This document shows, piece by piece, positions 18,202-31,983 of a stretch of 32,000 nt of DNA (positions within the stretch are counted from its first letter, which is position 1; each line of letters begins with the position of its first letter). The notes under the pieces are model-generated. The model saw nothing but the letters and a program-made list of their open reading frames with translations. It was not told where the DNA came from and did not search any database. The DNA comes from Candidatus Saccharimonadota bacterium (GTDB lineage Bacteria; Pseudomonadota; Gammaproteobacteria; Enterobacterales; Enterobacteriaceae). Made by a program: the position numbers and the translations under genes. The stretch is taken from the NCBI RefSeq assembly GCF_014857065.1, contig NZ_CP046533.1, forward strand, positions 270,001-302,000. Reading direction: 5' to 3'.

Positions 18202-19632
18202 CTAAACCAATTCGATAATTGAATCAAACTTATAAATTTCAAAACTCTGTTGACCAAACCAATGCATTCTAGAATAAAAACCAACAATCTCGCCGATAAT
18301 TAATAATACTGGAAATATAGTTAATTGATCAATATGTTTTAATTGTTCTAACTCAACAATTAAAACATATTGATCAATATAAGTAGCACGGATAATAATT
18401 GCTACCGGCGTTTTTGAATCTAAACCATTCTCAATCAATAATCTACTAATTTTAAAAGCATTAATTATACCCATATAAACTACTAATGTTTGATATTTAC
18501 AAGCTAACAGTTTCCAATTTAATTTATTGGGATTTCTATGCAAATAACCACTAATAAAAAGAACGCTATGAGAATAATTACGATGAGTTAATGGTATACC
18601 AACATACGCAGAAGCTCCAGAAGCTGCTGTTACACCCGGTACTATCTGAAAAGAAACACCTGCTCGCGCTATTTTTTCTAATTCTTCTCCGCCTCTCCCA
18701 AAAATAAACGGATCACCACCTTTAAGTCTCACTACTTGATTTCCTTGATTTGCTAATTCAATCAGTAAATTATTAATTTTATTTTGTGAAATAGAATGCA
18801 AACCAACATGTTTACCTACGCAAATACATTTAGCATCACGACGTGCTAAATCAAGAATTTCTTGATTAACCAAATAATCATATAAAATAACATCTGCTTG
18901 CTGAAGAAGATGCAAACCACGCAAGGTAAGTAGACCACAATCTCCAGGACCCGCTCCAACCAAAGAAACAGAACCTATTCGCGTTTGTTTTATAATTTTT
19001 TTTAAATTGAGAGACTCTAACAAAAATTTACTAGCTTCTTTTATTTGACCTTTACTTACTAAATCAGCAAAAACACCACGAAACATATTTTCCCAAAATT
19101 TACGACGTATCACAATATTAGGAATATGTTTTTCAACTACACCACGAAAAGACCCAGCTAAAGACGCCATAACGCCAAGAAAATTAGGTAATAAAGACTC
19201 AAATTTTTCCCGTAACATACGAGATAATACTGGAGCATGACCACAAGATGAAACAGCTACGACAATAGGATTACGATTAATAATAGAAGGAAAGATAAAA
19301 GAACATTTTGATTTATCATCTACAACATTCACTAAGACATAACGTTTTTCTGCGCTATTATAAACTAAAGTATTAAGAATTTTATTATTGGTCGCAACAA
19401 TCACTAAAAAAATCTCATGTAACATTAATACATCAAAATTTTTACTTATCCATTTAATACTTTTATTTTTAGCAAGCAACAAAACTAATTCAGAACACAA
19501 TCTATTTGCTACTATTTTAATTTCAGCCCCTACCCTACTTAACATATGCACTTTACGCGCAGCCACAACGCCACCACCAACAACTAGTACAGGGCGGTTC
19601 TTAAGATTTATCAAAACTGTCAAGTATTCCAC
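18202..19632 (-). CDS. cysG: Siroheme synthase (uroporphyrinogen-III methyltransferase / precorrin-2 dehydrogenase / ferrochelatase)
   Basis: The track ORF extends to a TTG at 19680. Alignment with the E. coli CysG N-terminus ([21 protein letters not shown]) fits VEYLTVLINLKNRPVLVVGGG, so I place the start at GTG 19632, which has AGGA 8 nt upstream. Motifs: VGAGPGD.GLLT.RGL, RLKGGDPFIFGRGGEE, VPG.TAA. About 13 residues longer than E. coli at the C-terminus. The start call is uncertain by about 48 nt. Confidence 0.92.
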   Translation of the reverse strand: MEYLTVLINLKNRPVLVVGGGVVAARKVHMLSRVGAEIKIVANRLCSELVLLLAKNKSIKWISKNFDVLMLHEIFLVIVATNNKILNTLVYNSAEKRYVLVNVVDDKSKCSFIFPSIINRNPIVVAVSSCGHAPVLSRMLREKFESLLPNFLGVMASLAGSFRGVVEKHIPNIVIRRKFWENMFRGVFADLVSKGQIKEASKFLLESLNLKKIIKQTRIGSVSLVGAGPGDCGLLTLRGLHLLQQADVILYDYLVNQEILDLARRDAKCICVGKHVGLHSISQNKINNLLIELANQGNQVVRLKGGDPFIFGRGGEELEKIARAGVSFQIVPGVTAASGASAYVGIPLTHRNYSHSVLFISGYLHRNPNKLNWKLLACKYQTLVVYMGIINAFKISRLLIENGLDSKTPVAIIIRATYIDQYVLIVELEQLKHIDQLTIFPVLLIIGEIVGFYSRMHWFGQQSFEIYKFDSIIELV

Positions 19633-19963
19633 ACATATTATCCTACAAAATATTCTTATATTAGCAATAGTAAACAACAAGTAAAAATTTTTTCTAAAAT
19701 TAAAATCATACTAATGAAATATAAATAATAAATATTATACTATACTAAACAAAATTTCCCTAAAACAAATTAGCTTTTGCAACATAAAAAAGAATTATAC
19801 TATATGATTAAAATCAAACAAAACATAACCGTCACCATAATCTCAATATAGATTTACATATTTTATTTTATATTTTATAACGAAAATTTTAAAAAAATAC
19901 TATACTGAATTTTATGATATTTGGATTCTATATATACTTTATAAAATAAAATATCAGAATATA

Positions 19964-20710
19964 CTATTCTTCGATATGAAGACCGCACTCCCTTGTCAAA
20001 CCAAAAAATCGAGTCTCTTCTTCACTGACGCCAGGAACTAATTTACTAGTGGTATGAACATCACCTACCGATAAATAATCTTTTTTAGACAAAGGATGAC
20101 AAACCAATGAATAATGCTTAATATATTTAAGTATCTGATGATTACTCCAATCAACAATAGGTAATAATTTAAATATACGGTTTTGGAAAGACAATATTAA
20201 TAAATCCTTTCGGCTATCTGACTGTTGTCGCCTTAGGCCAGCTATCCAAGTATTGACCTGAAGCTCTTTAAAAGAACGCTTCATAGGCTCTACTTTATTA
20301 AGATAATTATAATGTTTTATACCTTTTATACCTTTTTCCCATAACCTACCATAACGAGCCTCCTGCCACGCTGGAGATTCAATAGGACGGAAAACATGCA
20401 AATTCAATTTCAATAATTCAGTTAACTCGTCAATAAAACGATAAGTTTCTGGAAATAAATAGCCAGTGTCAATTAATATAACAGGAATATCAGGAAATTG
20501 ACAAGTTACTAAGTGCAAACTCACGATAGATTGAATACCAAAACTAGAAGTAATAATAATCTCTTCAGGCAAATATTTTAACCCCCACCGAATTCTTTGT
20601 TCCGCTGTCAAATCTTTCAATTTTAAATTAATTTCATTTAAAAAAGAACAACGTTGTTCTTCGGCTAATAAAAACAGTTCATTTAAATTATAACGAATCA
20701 TATCTATCAA
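19964..20710 (-). CDS. cysH: Phosphoadenosine phosphosulfate (PAPS) reductase
   Basis: 248 aa. [27 protein letters not shown] and the C-terminal ECGLH motif. There is no Fe-S cysteine cluster motif, which fits PAPS rather than APS specificity and the presence of cysC. Overlaps the cysI stop by 4 nt. Confidence 0.94.
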   Translation of the reverse strand: MIDMIRYNLNELFLLAEEQRCSFLNEINLKLKDLTAEQRIRWGLKYLPEEIIITSSFGIQSIVSLHLVTCQFPDIPVILIDTGYLFPETYRFIDELTELLKLNLHVFRPIESPAWQEARYGRLWEKGIKGIKHYNYLNKVEPMKRSFKELQVNTWIAGLRRQQSDSRKDLLILSFQNRIFKLLPIVDWSNHQILKYIKHYSLVCHPLSKKDYLSVGDVHTTSKLVPGVSEEETRFFGLTRECGLHIEE

Positions 20711-22428
20711 CCAGACGCTTTACATGCAACATAAAAATCTTTCGAGGAATCTAACACAGGTTTAACTATTTGAGCTCGTACTACATAATCACCATAAGAT
20801 TCTCCTACGTAACGTTCATACGACCAACGTTTAATAGTATTACGCAAAACATCCAAAATTTTCTTTTCAGTAACATTTTCCAAATACAAACGTGGAATAC
20901 GAGTACCTATGCGATCTCCACCCAAATATAAATTATAACGACCAATTGCCCTGCCTACTAAACCAATTTCTGATAACATCGCGCGAGCACAACCGTTAGG
21001 ACAACCTGTGACACGTAAAATGATTGAATTATCTCTTAAACCATACTTTGTTAAAATTTTCTCTATTTTAGTAACAAATTTAGGTAAAAATCTTTCTGCT
21101 TCTGCCATTGCAAGGGGACAAGTAGGAAAAGATACACAAGCCATAGATGCTTTACGTTGTAAAGTAATACTATCCTCAATGAGATTATATTTTCTTGCTA
21201 AATCCTCAATAAAATCCTTATCTTCTTTTTGTATATCGGTAATAATCAAATTCTGATTAGCAGTCAAACGAAATGAACAACCTCTATGAATACGCGCAAT
21301 TTCGGCCAAACCAGTTTTCAACAATCTATTAGAATAATCTAACACACGACCATTCTCTATAAAAAGTGTAAGATACCAATAATTATTAATACCCTTCACC
21401 CAACCAAAACGATCACCACGTTCCGAAAAAATATAAGGAACAACAGGTAAAAACTTAATTCCGGAACGAATTTCTACTTCTCTTCTGAATTTATCAATTC
21501 CCAAACGATCTAAAGTATATTTAGTCTTGGCATATTTTCTACAAACTCTATCCCCCCAATCTCGTTGAGTAGTAACCACAGCTTCAGCTACTTTTAGAGT
21601 ATCATTTAGAGATATATAACCAAACTCAGTAGCCTTACGAGGATAAGTATTGGTATCACCATACGTCATCGCTAAACCACCACCAACTAACACATTAAAT
21701 CCAATTAAATTTCCAGAATTACTAACAGCAACAAAATTTAAATCATTAGCATGTACATCAACATCATTTTGAGGTGGAATAGCTAAGGAAATTTTAAATT
21801 TACGAGGTAAATAAGTACAACCCAAAATAGGTTCACAATCGATAACTTCAGTTTTTTTATCATCTAACCAAATTTCTGCATAAGCACTACTTTTGGGCAA
21901 CAAATATGAAGAAATATTTTTTGCCCAAACATATGTTTGATGATGTAACTCTGACTCCATTGGATTAGAAGTACACAAGACATTTCGATTCACATCACCC
22001 GCTGTAGCAATAGAATCTAATCCTAATTTATTCAGTAACTTATGTATATCTTTTAACTTAGGTTTTAATATACCATGCAATTGAAAAGTTTGTCTCGTAG
22101 TTAAACGTATACTACCATACAAAGTATGAGTTTTAGCAAAATTATCTATATTTAACCACTGATCTGCAGTAATAATTCCACCAGGTAATCTACAACGCAG
22201 CATAATATTGATCAAAGGCTCCAATTTCTGATTAAATCGTTCTATTCGTAAATCTCGATCATCTTGTTGATACATGCCATGAAATCTAATTAACTGAGCA
22301 TTATCTTCACTAAATCCGCCAGTAAGTTTATTACCTAAATCTTCAACAATAGTTCCACGAAGAAAATTACTATCACGTTTTAAGCGTTCGTTACCAGATA
22401 ATGTAACTTCTAATTTTTGACTACACAT
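20707..22428 (-). CDS. cysI: Sulfite reductase (NADPH) hemoprotein beta-component
   Basis: 573 aa. [33 protein letters not shown] and the siroheme/4Fe-4S ligand cysteines ([15 protein letters not shown] ... [10 protein letters not shown]). Confidence 0.96.
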   Translation of the reverse strand: MCSQKLEVTLSGNERLKRDSNFLRGTIVEDLGNKLTGGFSEDNAQLIRFHGMYQQDDRDLRIERFNQKLEPLINIMLRCRLPGGIITADQWLNIDNFAKTHTLYGSIRLTTRQTFQLHGILKPKLKDIHKLLNKLGLDSIATAGDVNRNVLCTSNPMESELHHQTYVWAKNISSYLLPKSSAYAEIWLDDKKTEVIDCEPILGCTYLPRKFKISLAIPPQNDVDVHANDLNFVAVSNSGNLIGFNVLVGGGLAMTYGDTNTYPRKATEFGYISLNDTLKVAEAVVTTQRDWGDRVCRKYAKTKYTLDRLGIDKFRREVEIRSGIKFLPVVPYIFSERGDRFGWVKGINNYWYLTLFIENGRVLDYSNRLLKTGLAEIARIHRGCSFRLTANQNLIITDIQKEDKDFIEDLARKYNLIEDSITLQRKASMACVSFPTCPLAMAEAERFLPKFVTKIEKILTKYGLRDNSIILRVTGCPNGCARAMLSEIGLVGRAIGRYNLYLGGDRIGTRIPRLYLENVTEKKILDVLRNTIKRWSYERYVGESYGDYVVRAQIVKPVLDSSKDFYVACKASG

Positions 22429-22430
22429 AT

Positions 22431-24257
22431 TTAATAAATATCCCGTTGATAACGTTTTTCAATACGCATTTTATCTAAAAATTCACCTGCTTGTTGCAAA
22501 TCCATCATACCATATCGCATAATAATATTTAACAACACTTTTTCAACTTCATAAGCCATTTGACGTGCATTTCCACAAATATAAACATATGCCCCATCAT
22601 TTATCCAATTCCAAACCTCATCACTTTTTTCCTGCAACTTATCTTGCACATACACTTTATCAACTTGATCCCTAGACCAAGCTGTATCAATATGTGTCAA
22701 TATACCACTTTTGAAATAACGTTGCCATTCTAATTGATAAAGAAAATCATCAATAAACCGAGGATTACCAAAAAACAACCAATTTTTACCTGACGCACCG
22801 CTCACTGAACGATGTTGCATAAAAGCGCGAAAAGGAGCGACACCAGTGCCAGAACCTATCATAATAATAGACGCACTTGAATCTTGAGGTAATCTAAAAT
22901 TATTATTATATTCTATAAATACTTTTAGTTCATCATTTATATCTAATCTATCAACCAAATAGCTACTAGCACCACCTGTACGTAAAAAACCATTAATCTT
23001 ATAACGCACTACACTCACAGTAATATGTACCTCTTCACCGACTTCTAATTGTGAAGATGAAATTGAATAAAAACGAGGTGTTAACGGTCTTAAAAACATT
23101 AACAATTGTTTAGTATTTAATTTAACAGGAAAACGACGTACAAAATCAACAATTGGCATAGAGGATACAATTTTTTTTAACTTTTCATTATCAGATATAA
23201 AAGATAATAACGTCAGATCATTTGATACCTTAATATAATTTTTAACAAAAAACAATGTATTCTGAGTTAATTCAAAATGTCTTTGAAGAATTAAACTAAG
23301 AGACAAAGATTGCGATTTGAAATCTATTATTTCTTCTCCTTTTAAATCCAAAACAGATACAAATTCATGAACTAACAACGGATCATTTTCATACCATACT
23401 CCTAATGCATCGCCGGGTTGATAGCACATATTTGCACCTGCAATATCAATCTCTAAATGATGTATATCTTTAATTGAATTTCGACTAGTAATTTTTTGTT
23501 TAGATATTAAAGAAGCGACTAATGGATTTTCTCTAGAATATGAAATGTTATCTGTTTTAACAATATTGTTATCTGATATAGGTTGTAATAATTTATAATC
23601 TGTTTCAAATTTCTGCTGCAATAAAGAAACAATCTTGCAACGCCAATCAACAGCCTGCTTTTGATAATCCAAATCAGCATCAATTCGATCATATAAGCGT
23701 TTGGCACCTAAAGCTTCGAATCTTTGATCAAAATCTTTTCCTGCTTTAGCAAAATATTCATATGAACTATCACCAAGAGAAAATACAGCAAAATATGTAC
23801 TTTTCATCAAAGGCGCTTTTTTTGAAAACAAATACTTATACAAAATTATCGCATCTTCTGGAGGATCTCCCTCACCATGAGTAGAAGTAACAAGTAATAA
23901 GAATGTCTCTTTTGCAATTTTCCTAAAATTATATTCTCTAGCATTATAAATTACCGATTTTAATTGTACGCTTAGTAAATCACAATGTAATTGCTCAGCT
24001 AATCTTTGAGCATTACCAGTTTGAGAAGCATATATAATAGTAATACTACAAGCATCATTATTTAAATCACTAATTTCTGTTGACTGAACAATCGATTTAA
24101 GATTACTTTTAGATAAATTATTATCAATTAAGCCCCAAAAATAACCAGCTATCCAAGCTGCCTGTGTATAAGATAAATTTTTAGTTAATTTTTGTAAATT
24201 TTCTAATTGTTCATTATTCAATGGTAAAGATACATCAGATAATAATGATTTTATCAT
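22431..24257 (-). CDS. cysJ: Sulfite reductase (NADPH) flavoprotein alpha-component
   Basis: 608 aa. Flavodoxin-like FMN domain ([21 protein letters not shown]). FAD/NADPH domain ([27 protein letters not shown]-terminal YQRDIY). A 2-bp gap separates it from cysI. Confidence 0.95.
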   Translation of the reverse strand: MIKSLLSDVSLPLNNEQLENLQKLTKNLSYTQAAWIAGYFWGLIDNNLSKSNLKSIVQSTEISDLNNDACSITIIYASQTGNAQRLAEQLHCDLLSVQLKSVIYNAREYNFRKIAKETFLLLVTSTHGEGDPPEDAIILYKYLFSKKAPLMKSTYFAVFSLGDSSYEYFAKAGKDFDQRFEALGAKRLYDRIDADLDYQKQAVDWRCKIVSLLQQKFETDYKLLQPISDNNIVKTDNISYSRENPLVASLISKQKITSRNSIKDIHHLEIDIAGANMCYQPGDALGVWYENDPLLVHEFVSVLDLKGEEIIDFKSQSLSLSLILQRHFELTQNTLFFVKNYIKVSNDLTLLSFISDNEKLKKIVSSMPIVDFVRRFPVKLNTKQLLMFLRPLTPRFYSISSSQLEVGEEVHITVSVVRYKINGFLRTGGASSYLVDRLDINDELKVFIEYNNNFRLPQDSSASIIMIGSGTGVAPFRAFMQHRSVSGASGKNWLFFGNPRFIDDFLYQLEWQRYFKSGILTHIDTAWSRDQVDKVYVQDKLQEKSDEVWNWINDGAYVYICGNARQMAYEVEKVLLNIIMRYGMMDLQQAGEFLDKMRIEKRYQRDIY

Positions 24258-24388
24258 AATAAACCGCTGCTACGTTAACTACACTATTTAATAATAATTT
24301 CAGACTTATTTAAAAAATAATCAAATAAAACAAGACAAACTACAGCAATTCAGTAATAAATTAGCACCAAATTGATGACAATCTAAAA

Positions 24389-25702
24389 CTATTTTACATA
24401 AGATAATGCTACTTCCTTTAGCCCACAAAATGGAGCCTTAAATTTTAAAGATTCCTCAATACGAATCAATTGATTATACTTAGCCAAACGATCCGAGCAA
24501 CGCAAAGATCCAGTTTTTATCTGACCCGCGGCAGTGCCGACAGCTAAATCAGCAATAGTCGTATCTTCAGTCTCACCTGAACGATGGGAAATAATTGTAC
24601 TATATCCAGCCTTTTTAGCCATCTTAATTACTGAAAAAGTTTCTGTTAATGAACCTATTTGGTTAGGTTTAATAAGAATAGCATTCGCAACTTTATTTGC
24701 TATCCCTTTTCTAAGTAAATTAATATTAGTGGCAAATAAATCATCACCAACCAACTGAATTTTATTACCTAATATTTGGGTCAAATAAATAAAACCTTCC
24801 CAATCTAGTTCACTTAACCCATCTTCAATAGATAAAATTCGATATCGTTGGGACAATATTTCTAAATAATGAACAAACTCCTTATAGTTAAAAATTTTGT
24901 CTTCATTTTTCATTATATATTTACCAGTAGATACATCAAATAATTCTGAAGCAGCACAATCTATAGCTAAAGTAACATCTTGACCAAATATATATCCTGC
25001 AGATTCTATAGCTTCCTTTATAAAATCTAATGCAACAATATTTGATCCTAAATTAGGGGCGAAACCTCCCTCATCACCAACCGTAATACTCATACCCTCT
25101 TTTTTTAAAATCATACCTAAATTATGAAATATTTCTACACCAATACGAATTGCTTCTTTAATACTGCTAGCACCCACTGGCTGAATCATAAATTCTTGAA
25201 TATCAATATTATTATCAGCATGTTTGCCGCCATTAAGAATATTCATCATAGGTAATGGCATGGAAAATTGTTGTGCAGAACCATCATTACTAAGATCAGA
25301 AAAATGTTGATATAAAGGTACTTTTTTAAAAAAAGCTGCAGCTTTAGCAACAGCTAAAGATACACTAAGAATAGCATTAGCTCCAAATTTTGATTTATTA
25401 TAGCTGCCGTCTAACTCAATCATAATTTGATCAACGGTATCTTGTTCTTCTGCATTCTGACCTATTAACGCATTCATAATAGGTCCATTTATTGCATTCA
25501 CTGCTTTCATCACTCCTTTACCACAAAATCTATGGCAATCTTTGTCTCGTAATTCAAATGCTTCATGAGAACCAATGGATGTTCCCGATGGAACTGATGC
25601 TAAACCTATACAATCACTTTTTAAATGTACTTCCGCTTCTACTGTGGGATTACCTCGAGAATCAATAATCTCTCTACCAACTACTTTTATAATTTTAGAC
25701 AT
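24389..25702 (-). CDS. eno: Enolase
   Basis: The track ORF begins 8 codons upstream. The conserved N-terminus [25 protein letters not shown] begins at ATG 25702, with AAGGA about 7 nt upstream. [17 protein letters not shown] and IKTGS..RSDR.AKYNQL.RIEE are present. 437 aa. Confidence 0.97.
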   Translation of the reverse strand: MSKIIKVVGREIIDSRGNPTVEAEVHLKSDCIGLASVPSGTSIGSHEAFELRDKDCHRFCGKGVMKAVNAINGPIMNALIGQNAEEQDTVDQIMIELDGSYNKSKFGANAILSVSLAVAKAAAFFKKVPLYQHFSDLSNDGSAQQFSMPLPMMNILNGGKHADNNIDIQEFMIQPVGASSIKEAIRIGVEIFHNLGMILKKEGMSITVGDEGGFAPNLGSNIVALDFIKEAIESAGYIFGQDVTLAIDCAASELFDVSTGKYIMKNEDKIFNYKEFVHYLEILSQRYRILSIEDGLSELDWEGFIYLTQILGNKIQLVGDDLFATNINLLRKGIANKVANAILIKPNQIGSLTETFSVIKMAKKAGYSTIISHRSGETEDTTIADLAVGTAAGQIKTGSLRCSDRLAKYNQLIRIEESLKFKAPFCGLKEVALSYVK

Positions 25703-25801
25703 AGAATTTTCCTTTATCATAAACATTTATTCATACTTCATATTATATTGTATGATAAAAATAAAAACAATTTAGACAGATAAATAATGACAATACAAAA
25801 T

Positions 25802-27478
<1,677 letters not shown>

Positions 27479-28154
27479 CTATAAACACAAAAAATACCCC
27501 GCGAGTATACACCTAAATTAAACAATTTTCAATAAACATCAAAATCAACCAATTATATAATTATTTACGATATACAAGAATCATCAAAACAAAAAAACAT
27601 TCTATAATTATAAATCTAAAAAATAATCTTAATTGTAACGTAATTAAAATTGAAATATCTAAATAACTAAAAAAATTTTAAATGATTTTAACTTTAAAAT
27701 TTATAAATAAATTATTATAACTCTTGTACATAATTAAACATAATATAAGGAAAACAATAAATACCAGCTATTTAAGTTGATATTACAAATCCTTAAAAAT
27801 CCAAAATCTTCCTAATAAAACATACATCACCATTAAAATAATTAAACATTTCCATTTAATTAAAATAATGAATCTAATTTTGAATTTGATTTAAGTATAA
27901 TTATCATGTAATACTTTATTACAAATATAATTTTTATATATGTATGATAATCTTTTATTGTTATACTTTACATCAAGTTATTGAAAATAATTTTAATTAA
28001 AATTCAAAATAACCTATTATTTACAAATACTAAATTACTCAAATTTTGAGTATAATTTTATAAAATAAAACACCTTAATTCGACATTAAATATTTAAAAA
28101 CTAGTTAAAACCACAAGTTAAACATTGAAGAATTATTAAACAAATAATAATATT

Positions 28155-28502
28155 TTAGATATTAAAAGATAACCCGCAGCTACAAGTTCTTTTAACATTA
28201 GGATTAATCACAACGAAACGGGAACCTTTTAATCCTTCATGATAATCAATTAAAGCGCCAGTTAGATATTGCAAACTTAAAGGATCAATAACTAATATAG
28301 CGCCATTTTTCTTGATACATAAATCTCCATCGTTAATATTTTCATCTAAAGTAAAACCATATTGAAATCCATTACATCCTCCACCGACAATATATATACG
28401 TAATTTTAAATTATCATTACCTTCGCTTAATACAAGATTATTAATTATTTTCGCGGCAAAATCAGTACACTCTAAAGGAAAATTAATCTTATTATTTATC
28501 AT
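28155..28502 (-). CDS. erpA: Iron-sulfur cluster insertion protein ErpA (A-type carrier)
   Basis: The track ORF (146 aa) has a 31-residue extension with no homology. E. coli ErpA (114 aa, ...LPLEFTDAAANKV...) aligns from [22 protein letters not shown] at 28502 has GAGG 9 nt upstream. LKLR.YI.GGGC.GFQYGFT.D, DP.SLQYL and the C-terminal C.CG.SF.I cysteine ligands are conserved. Confidence 0.9.
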   Translation of the reverse strand: MINNKINFPLECTDFAAKIINNLVLSEGNDNLKLRIYIVGGGCNGFQYGFTLDENINDGDLCIKKNGAILVIDPLSLQYLTGALIDYHEGLKGSRFVVINPNVKRTCSCGLSFNI

Positions 28503-28785
28503 ATCAATTAACCTCATAAATTCATGTATAAAATTTAGAATATTAAACATAATACTCTTTGTTTCTAAAGTCATAAAAATAAAACTATAAAACATAAATT
28601 ACTATTGCGATAAAATAAAATTTTATTAACTACAATTTATACTTAAATTACTTATGAATAAAATCAAAAAATAACTTAGTAAAAGATAAAATATCAAAAC
28701 AATAGTAAACCTCATCCATAAAAATTATATAATTGAATAATTTCAAACATCATATTCAATAAAACTATGCAATTTGTATTAAAAC

Positions 28786-31149
28786 TTACAAATTAAATAA
28801 ATTATGGATCCAATTAAAAAAATCATTTTCATTTTTTAAACTAAAAGAAAAATCTCCATCATTTTGAAATTGAGAATAACTAACAATTCGTTCACTCTGA
28901 AAAAACAATGACTGAGGATCATTTGTCCACACTGGCAAAACACGTGACGCATATAACTCATCAGATACAAAATTACCATAACAATCAATAAACATTTTGA
29001 TAATACCATTAGGTGGTATCAAACTTAAAGGAAGAGGCGAATGATATTTTAAATAAAAATTGTACAAAGTTAAAGCTCCATTAGATCCGGTTAATTTAGT
29101 TGTACAATTGTTATCTCTACCTACCCAAATTGTAGTAACCTCTTTACCATCAATACCAACAAACCAACTATCACGCAAATCATTGGTAGTACCTGTTTTA
29201 GCAGCTAAATAGGTAAAAGGAAAATTTTTATAAAGAGGATAAGACGTCCCGCATGATACCACTTGTTGCATAGCATACAATATTAAATAAGCTGCTTCAG
29301 CGGGTATTACGCGAAATGCCTGTGGAAAACTGTGATATAAAACAATATCATCTTCATCTACAATCGAACGTACTGATGATAAAGGAGCATAATTACCACC
29401 ACTAGCTATAGTTTGAAACTCTTGAACTACTTCTAATGGCGTTAAACTCAAAGCACCCAAAAGCATAGACGGAAAAGAAGTTAATGATGAGGAAGGAATT
29501 CCTAATTTTTTTAATAAATCAATAATATTTTTTAATCCAATAGATAAACCAAGATTTACAGTAGGTATATTTAAAGACTGAGTCAAGGCATCTATTAACA
29601 TTACTTTTCCACGAAATTTTCTATCATAATTTTTAGGAGACCAAATTATACCATTTTTTTGCTTTATCATTAAAGGAGCATCTGCAATCCACGTATTTAA
29701 TCGGTATTTATTAGGTTCACTAAGGGCAGCGAGGTAAGTAGCTGGTTTAGCTAAAGAACCAATAGAACGTCTGGCCTGCATTGCACGATTAAATCCAGCA
29801 AATTGAGGGTTACTCCCCCCTACCACAGCTCGTATTTCACCACTAAAACGATCTACTATTACTATAGCTCCTTCTAAATCGTTAATACAACGGCTAACGC
29901 GCAGTGCGTTAATACCTATATCCATTGCTTTTTCTGCTGCATTTTGTGACAAGGGATCTAAAGTAGTAAATATTTTTAAACCAAAATGATTATCAATAAG
30001 ACTGCCAAATTTACTATATAGTTCCTCATAAACCATTTGAATAAATGCTGGGTGAGGAGTTAATACTTCACCTCTTAACTTCACACCTAATGGTAACGCG
30101 TTGAGCATAACATATAATTCACTAGATATAATCTTCTTGAGTTCTAATAACTTTAAAATCTTATTACGACGATCTAATACTATTTTAGGATTACGCCAAG
30201 GATTATATAATGACGCTCCTTTCACCATACCTACTAACATTGATTGCTGATCAATACTTAACTCACTTACTGGACGTCCGAAATAATACAAGCTAGCCAG
30301 TGGGAAGCCACGAATCTGATCATCGCCGTTTTGACCAAAATAAACTTCATTTAAATATAACTCAAGTATACGATCTTTACTACATCGATAATCAAGAATT
30401 AAAGACATATAAATTTCGTTAAATTTACGCCAAAACGATCGATCACTAGATAAAAATAAATTTTTTACTAATTGTTGCGTCAAAGTACTACCTCCTTGTA
30501 CTGTATGTCCAGCTGATAAATTAGCCAATAAAGCTCGTCCTATAGAAAACAAATTTATTCCATCATGCTGATAAAAATATTGATCTTCAACGATAATTAA
30601 CGTCTTAATCAACGTATCTGGAAAGCCAGATCTAGGAACAAATAACCTTTGTATTCTGTGCGACTGATTTACAACACCTATTAATTTAGGATCAAGACGA
30701 AAAATCCTAAAATCATATCCGGTATCTAAATTTGTAATTTTTAATAATTTACCTTCAGAAAAAGTAATACAAACACGAACCTCCTTTTCTTTACCATCTG
30801 GAAAACTAAAAGATCTACGCAATAATTCAATCACACAATTAGATTGTATAATAAATTCACCAGGACTAGTAATTTTAGATACTTGACGATAATGCATACT
30901 TTCTAATAAATCCACAATATCTTTACAAGTATACACCATATCTGGTTCTAAATTTATCATACGACTATAAATAGTCATGGGTAATTGCCATACTTTATTA
31001 CCAACACGACTATGTATTTTAGCATTTAAATAAACACCATAACTAACTATCAACATAAACACTATCAAAATAATATAAAAAAATATTTTATATAAAAAAA
31101 CTTTTGTAAAATATCGATTTGAAGATCTATAATAACTAATGGATTTCAT
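28786..31149 (-). CDS. mrcB: Penicillin-binding protein 1B (bifunctional glycosyltransferase/transpeptidase)
   Basis: 787 aa. Short cytoplasmic tail plus a TM helix. GT51 motifs [12 protein letters not shown] and [12 protein letters not shown]. Transpeptidase motifs SIGSLAKP (SxxK), SLN and KTGTT. A UB2H-like segment lies between the TM and GT domains. Confidence 0.94.
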   Translation of the reverse strand: MKSISYYRSSNRYFTKVFLYKIFFYIILIVFMLIVSYGVYLNAKIHSRVGNKVWQLPMTIYSRMINLEPDMVYTCKDIVDLLESMHYRQVSKITSPGEFIIQSNCVIELLRRSFSFPDGKEKEVRVCITFSEGKLLKITNLDTGYDFRIFRLDPKLIGVVNQSHRIQRLFVPRSGFPDTLIKTLIIVEDQYFYQHDGINLFSIGRALLANLSAGHTVQGGSTLTQQLVKNLFLSSDRSFWRKFNEIYMSLILDYRCSKDRILELYLNEVYFGQNGDDQIRGFPLASLYYFGRPVSELSIDQQSMLVGMVKGASLYNPWRNPKIVLDRRNKILKLLELKKIISSELYVMLNALPLGVKLRGEVLTPHPAFIQMVYEELYSKFGSLIDNHFGLKIFTTLDPLSQNAAEKAMDIGINALRVSRCINDLEGAIVIVDRFSGEIRAVVGGSNPQFAGFNRAMQARRSIGSLAKPATYLAALSEPNKYRLNTWIADAPLMIKQKNGIIWSPKNYDRKFRGKVMLIDALTQSLNIPTVNLGLSIGLKNIIDLLKKLGIPSSSLTSFPSMLLGALSLTPLEVVQEFQTIASGGNYAPLSSVRSIVDEDDIVLYHSFPQAFRVIPAEAAYLILYAMQQVVSCGTSYPLYKNFPFTYLAAKTGTTNDLRDSWFVGIDGKEVTTIWVGRDNNCTTKLTGSNGALTLYNFYLKYHSPLPLSLIPPNGIIKMFIDCYGNFVSDELYASRVLPVWTNDPQSLFFQSERIVSYSQFQNDGDFSFSLKNENDFFNWIHNLFNL

Positions 31150-31294
31150 ATTTTTAGAATACGATTTAATTGTTTAAGATTAGTTAGTCAGAAACTCTTT
31201 TGTATAAAATTTAAATTTAAAATTTAAATCACTAATTATCATCAAAGATAACTAAAATAACAAAATAATAAAATACCAACTTAGCAAATATTAC

Positions 31295-31313
31295 AAGTCA
31301 AAATAATTGACTT
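31295..31313. repeat. 19-nt inverted repeat AAGTCAA-AATAA-TTGACTT in the divergent mrcB/dksA spacer
   Basis: Perfect 7-bp arms (31295-31301 and 31307-31313) around a 5-nt centre. TTGACT, which is -35-like, therefore appears on both strands. On the plus strand TTGACT-N18-AATAAT follows; on the minus strand TTGACT-N19-TATTTT. Confidence 0.3.
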
Positions 31314-31536
31314 AAATTATAAGATATCTTAATAATACAATATTACACATTAGATAATATATTAATAAAATTATATGATATAGTGATATATTTACTATAA
31401 AATAAAAATCATAAACTATAAATATAATCAATTTTGTTTAATTTATGGTTATTATACTTATGTCATTATAAATAATTATTTACTTGAAATACTATTAACA
31501 AAACTAAATTTTGAACATCATGGGATTGCAAAAATT

Positions 31537-31983
31537 ATGCAAAAACAAACAAAACGTAAAATATCTTCTCTAAGTATTCTATCAATGGCTGGAGTAAATC
31601 CTTATGAAGAAAAACAAAATGAAAAGTATATGAATGACGCACAACTTATACATTTTACACGAATTCTAAAAGCCTGGCATAATCAATTAGAAAATGAAAT
31701 AAAGCGCACAACTTCAAATATGCAAAGTAAAGCGACTAATTTCCCTGATCCAATAGATCGCGCAGCACAAGAAGAAGAATTTAATCTTGTATTGCGCCAT
31801 CGAGCTAGAGAGAGAAAACTTATAAAAAAAATAGAAAGTACTTTACATAAAATAAAAGAGAAAAAATTTGGTTTTTGTGAATCTTGTGATATTAAAATAG
31901 GTATTCGTCGATTAGAAGCCCGCCCAACAACTAATTTATGTATCGATTGTAAAACTTTGGCTGAAATTCGTAAAAACAAATAA
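31537..31983 (+). CDS. dksA: RNA polymerase-binding transcription factor DksA
   Basis: 148 aa. [26 protein letters not shown] (coiled-coil tip DxxDxA) and the four-Cys zinc finger CESC...[11 protein letters not shown]. Colinear with E. coli DksA (151 aa). Confidence 0.95.
   Translation: MQKQTKRKISSLSILSMAGVNPYEEKQNEKYMNDAQLIHFTRILKAWHNQLENEIKRTTSNMQSKATNFPDPIDRAAQEEEFNLVLRHRARERKLIKKIESTLHKIKEKKFGFCESCDIKIGIRRLEARPTTNLCIDCKTLAEIRKNK

Noticed and set aside
19388-19684. A 98-aa plus-strand ORF overlapping the cysG 5' end.
   Set aside because: It is antisense to the cysG Rossmann-fold region. The run TTPPPTT simply mirrors the GGGVV codons of cysG. It is not an independent gene.
19734-19906. 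The motif TTATACTATA occurs twice (19735-19744 and 19795-19804), with a third ATACTATACT at 19897-19906, upstream of cysG. On the minus strand the first two copies read TATAGTATAAT and contain a perfect TATAAT.
   Set aside because: A rough estimate, using the AT-rich composition, is that a 10-nt exact repeat within a spacer of this size (about 280-330 bp) is expected a few tenths of a time by chance. TATAAT-like strings are ubiquitous here. It is plausibly a cysG promoter region but is not statistically distinguishable from background.
21008-25775. Other small overlapping ORFs: 21008-21256 (+), 23519-23707 (-, off-frame within cysJ), 24534-24758 (+) and 25575-25775 (+).
   Set aside because: All lie within or antisense to cysI, cysJ or eno, lack SD and start context, and encode low-complexity peptides.
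31683-31979. A 98-aa minus-strand ORF overlapping dksA.
   Set aside because: It is antisense to the well-conserved dksA and has no homology. I treat it as a shadow ORF.
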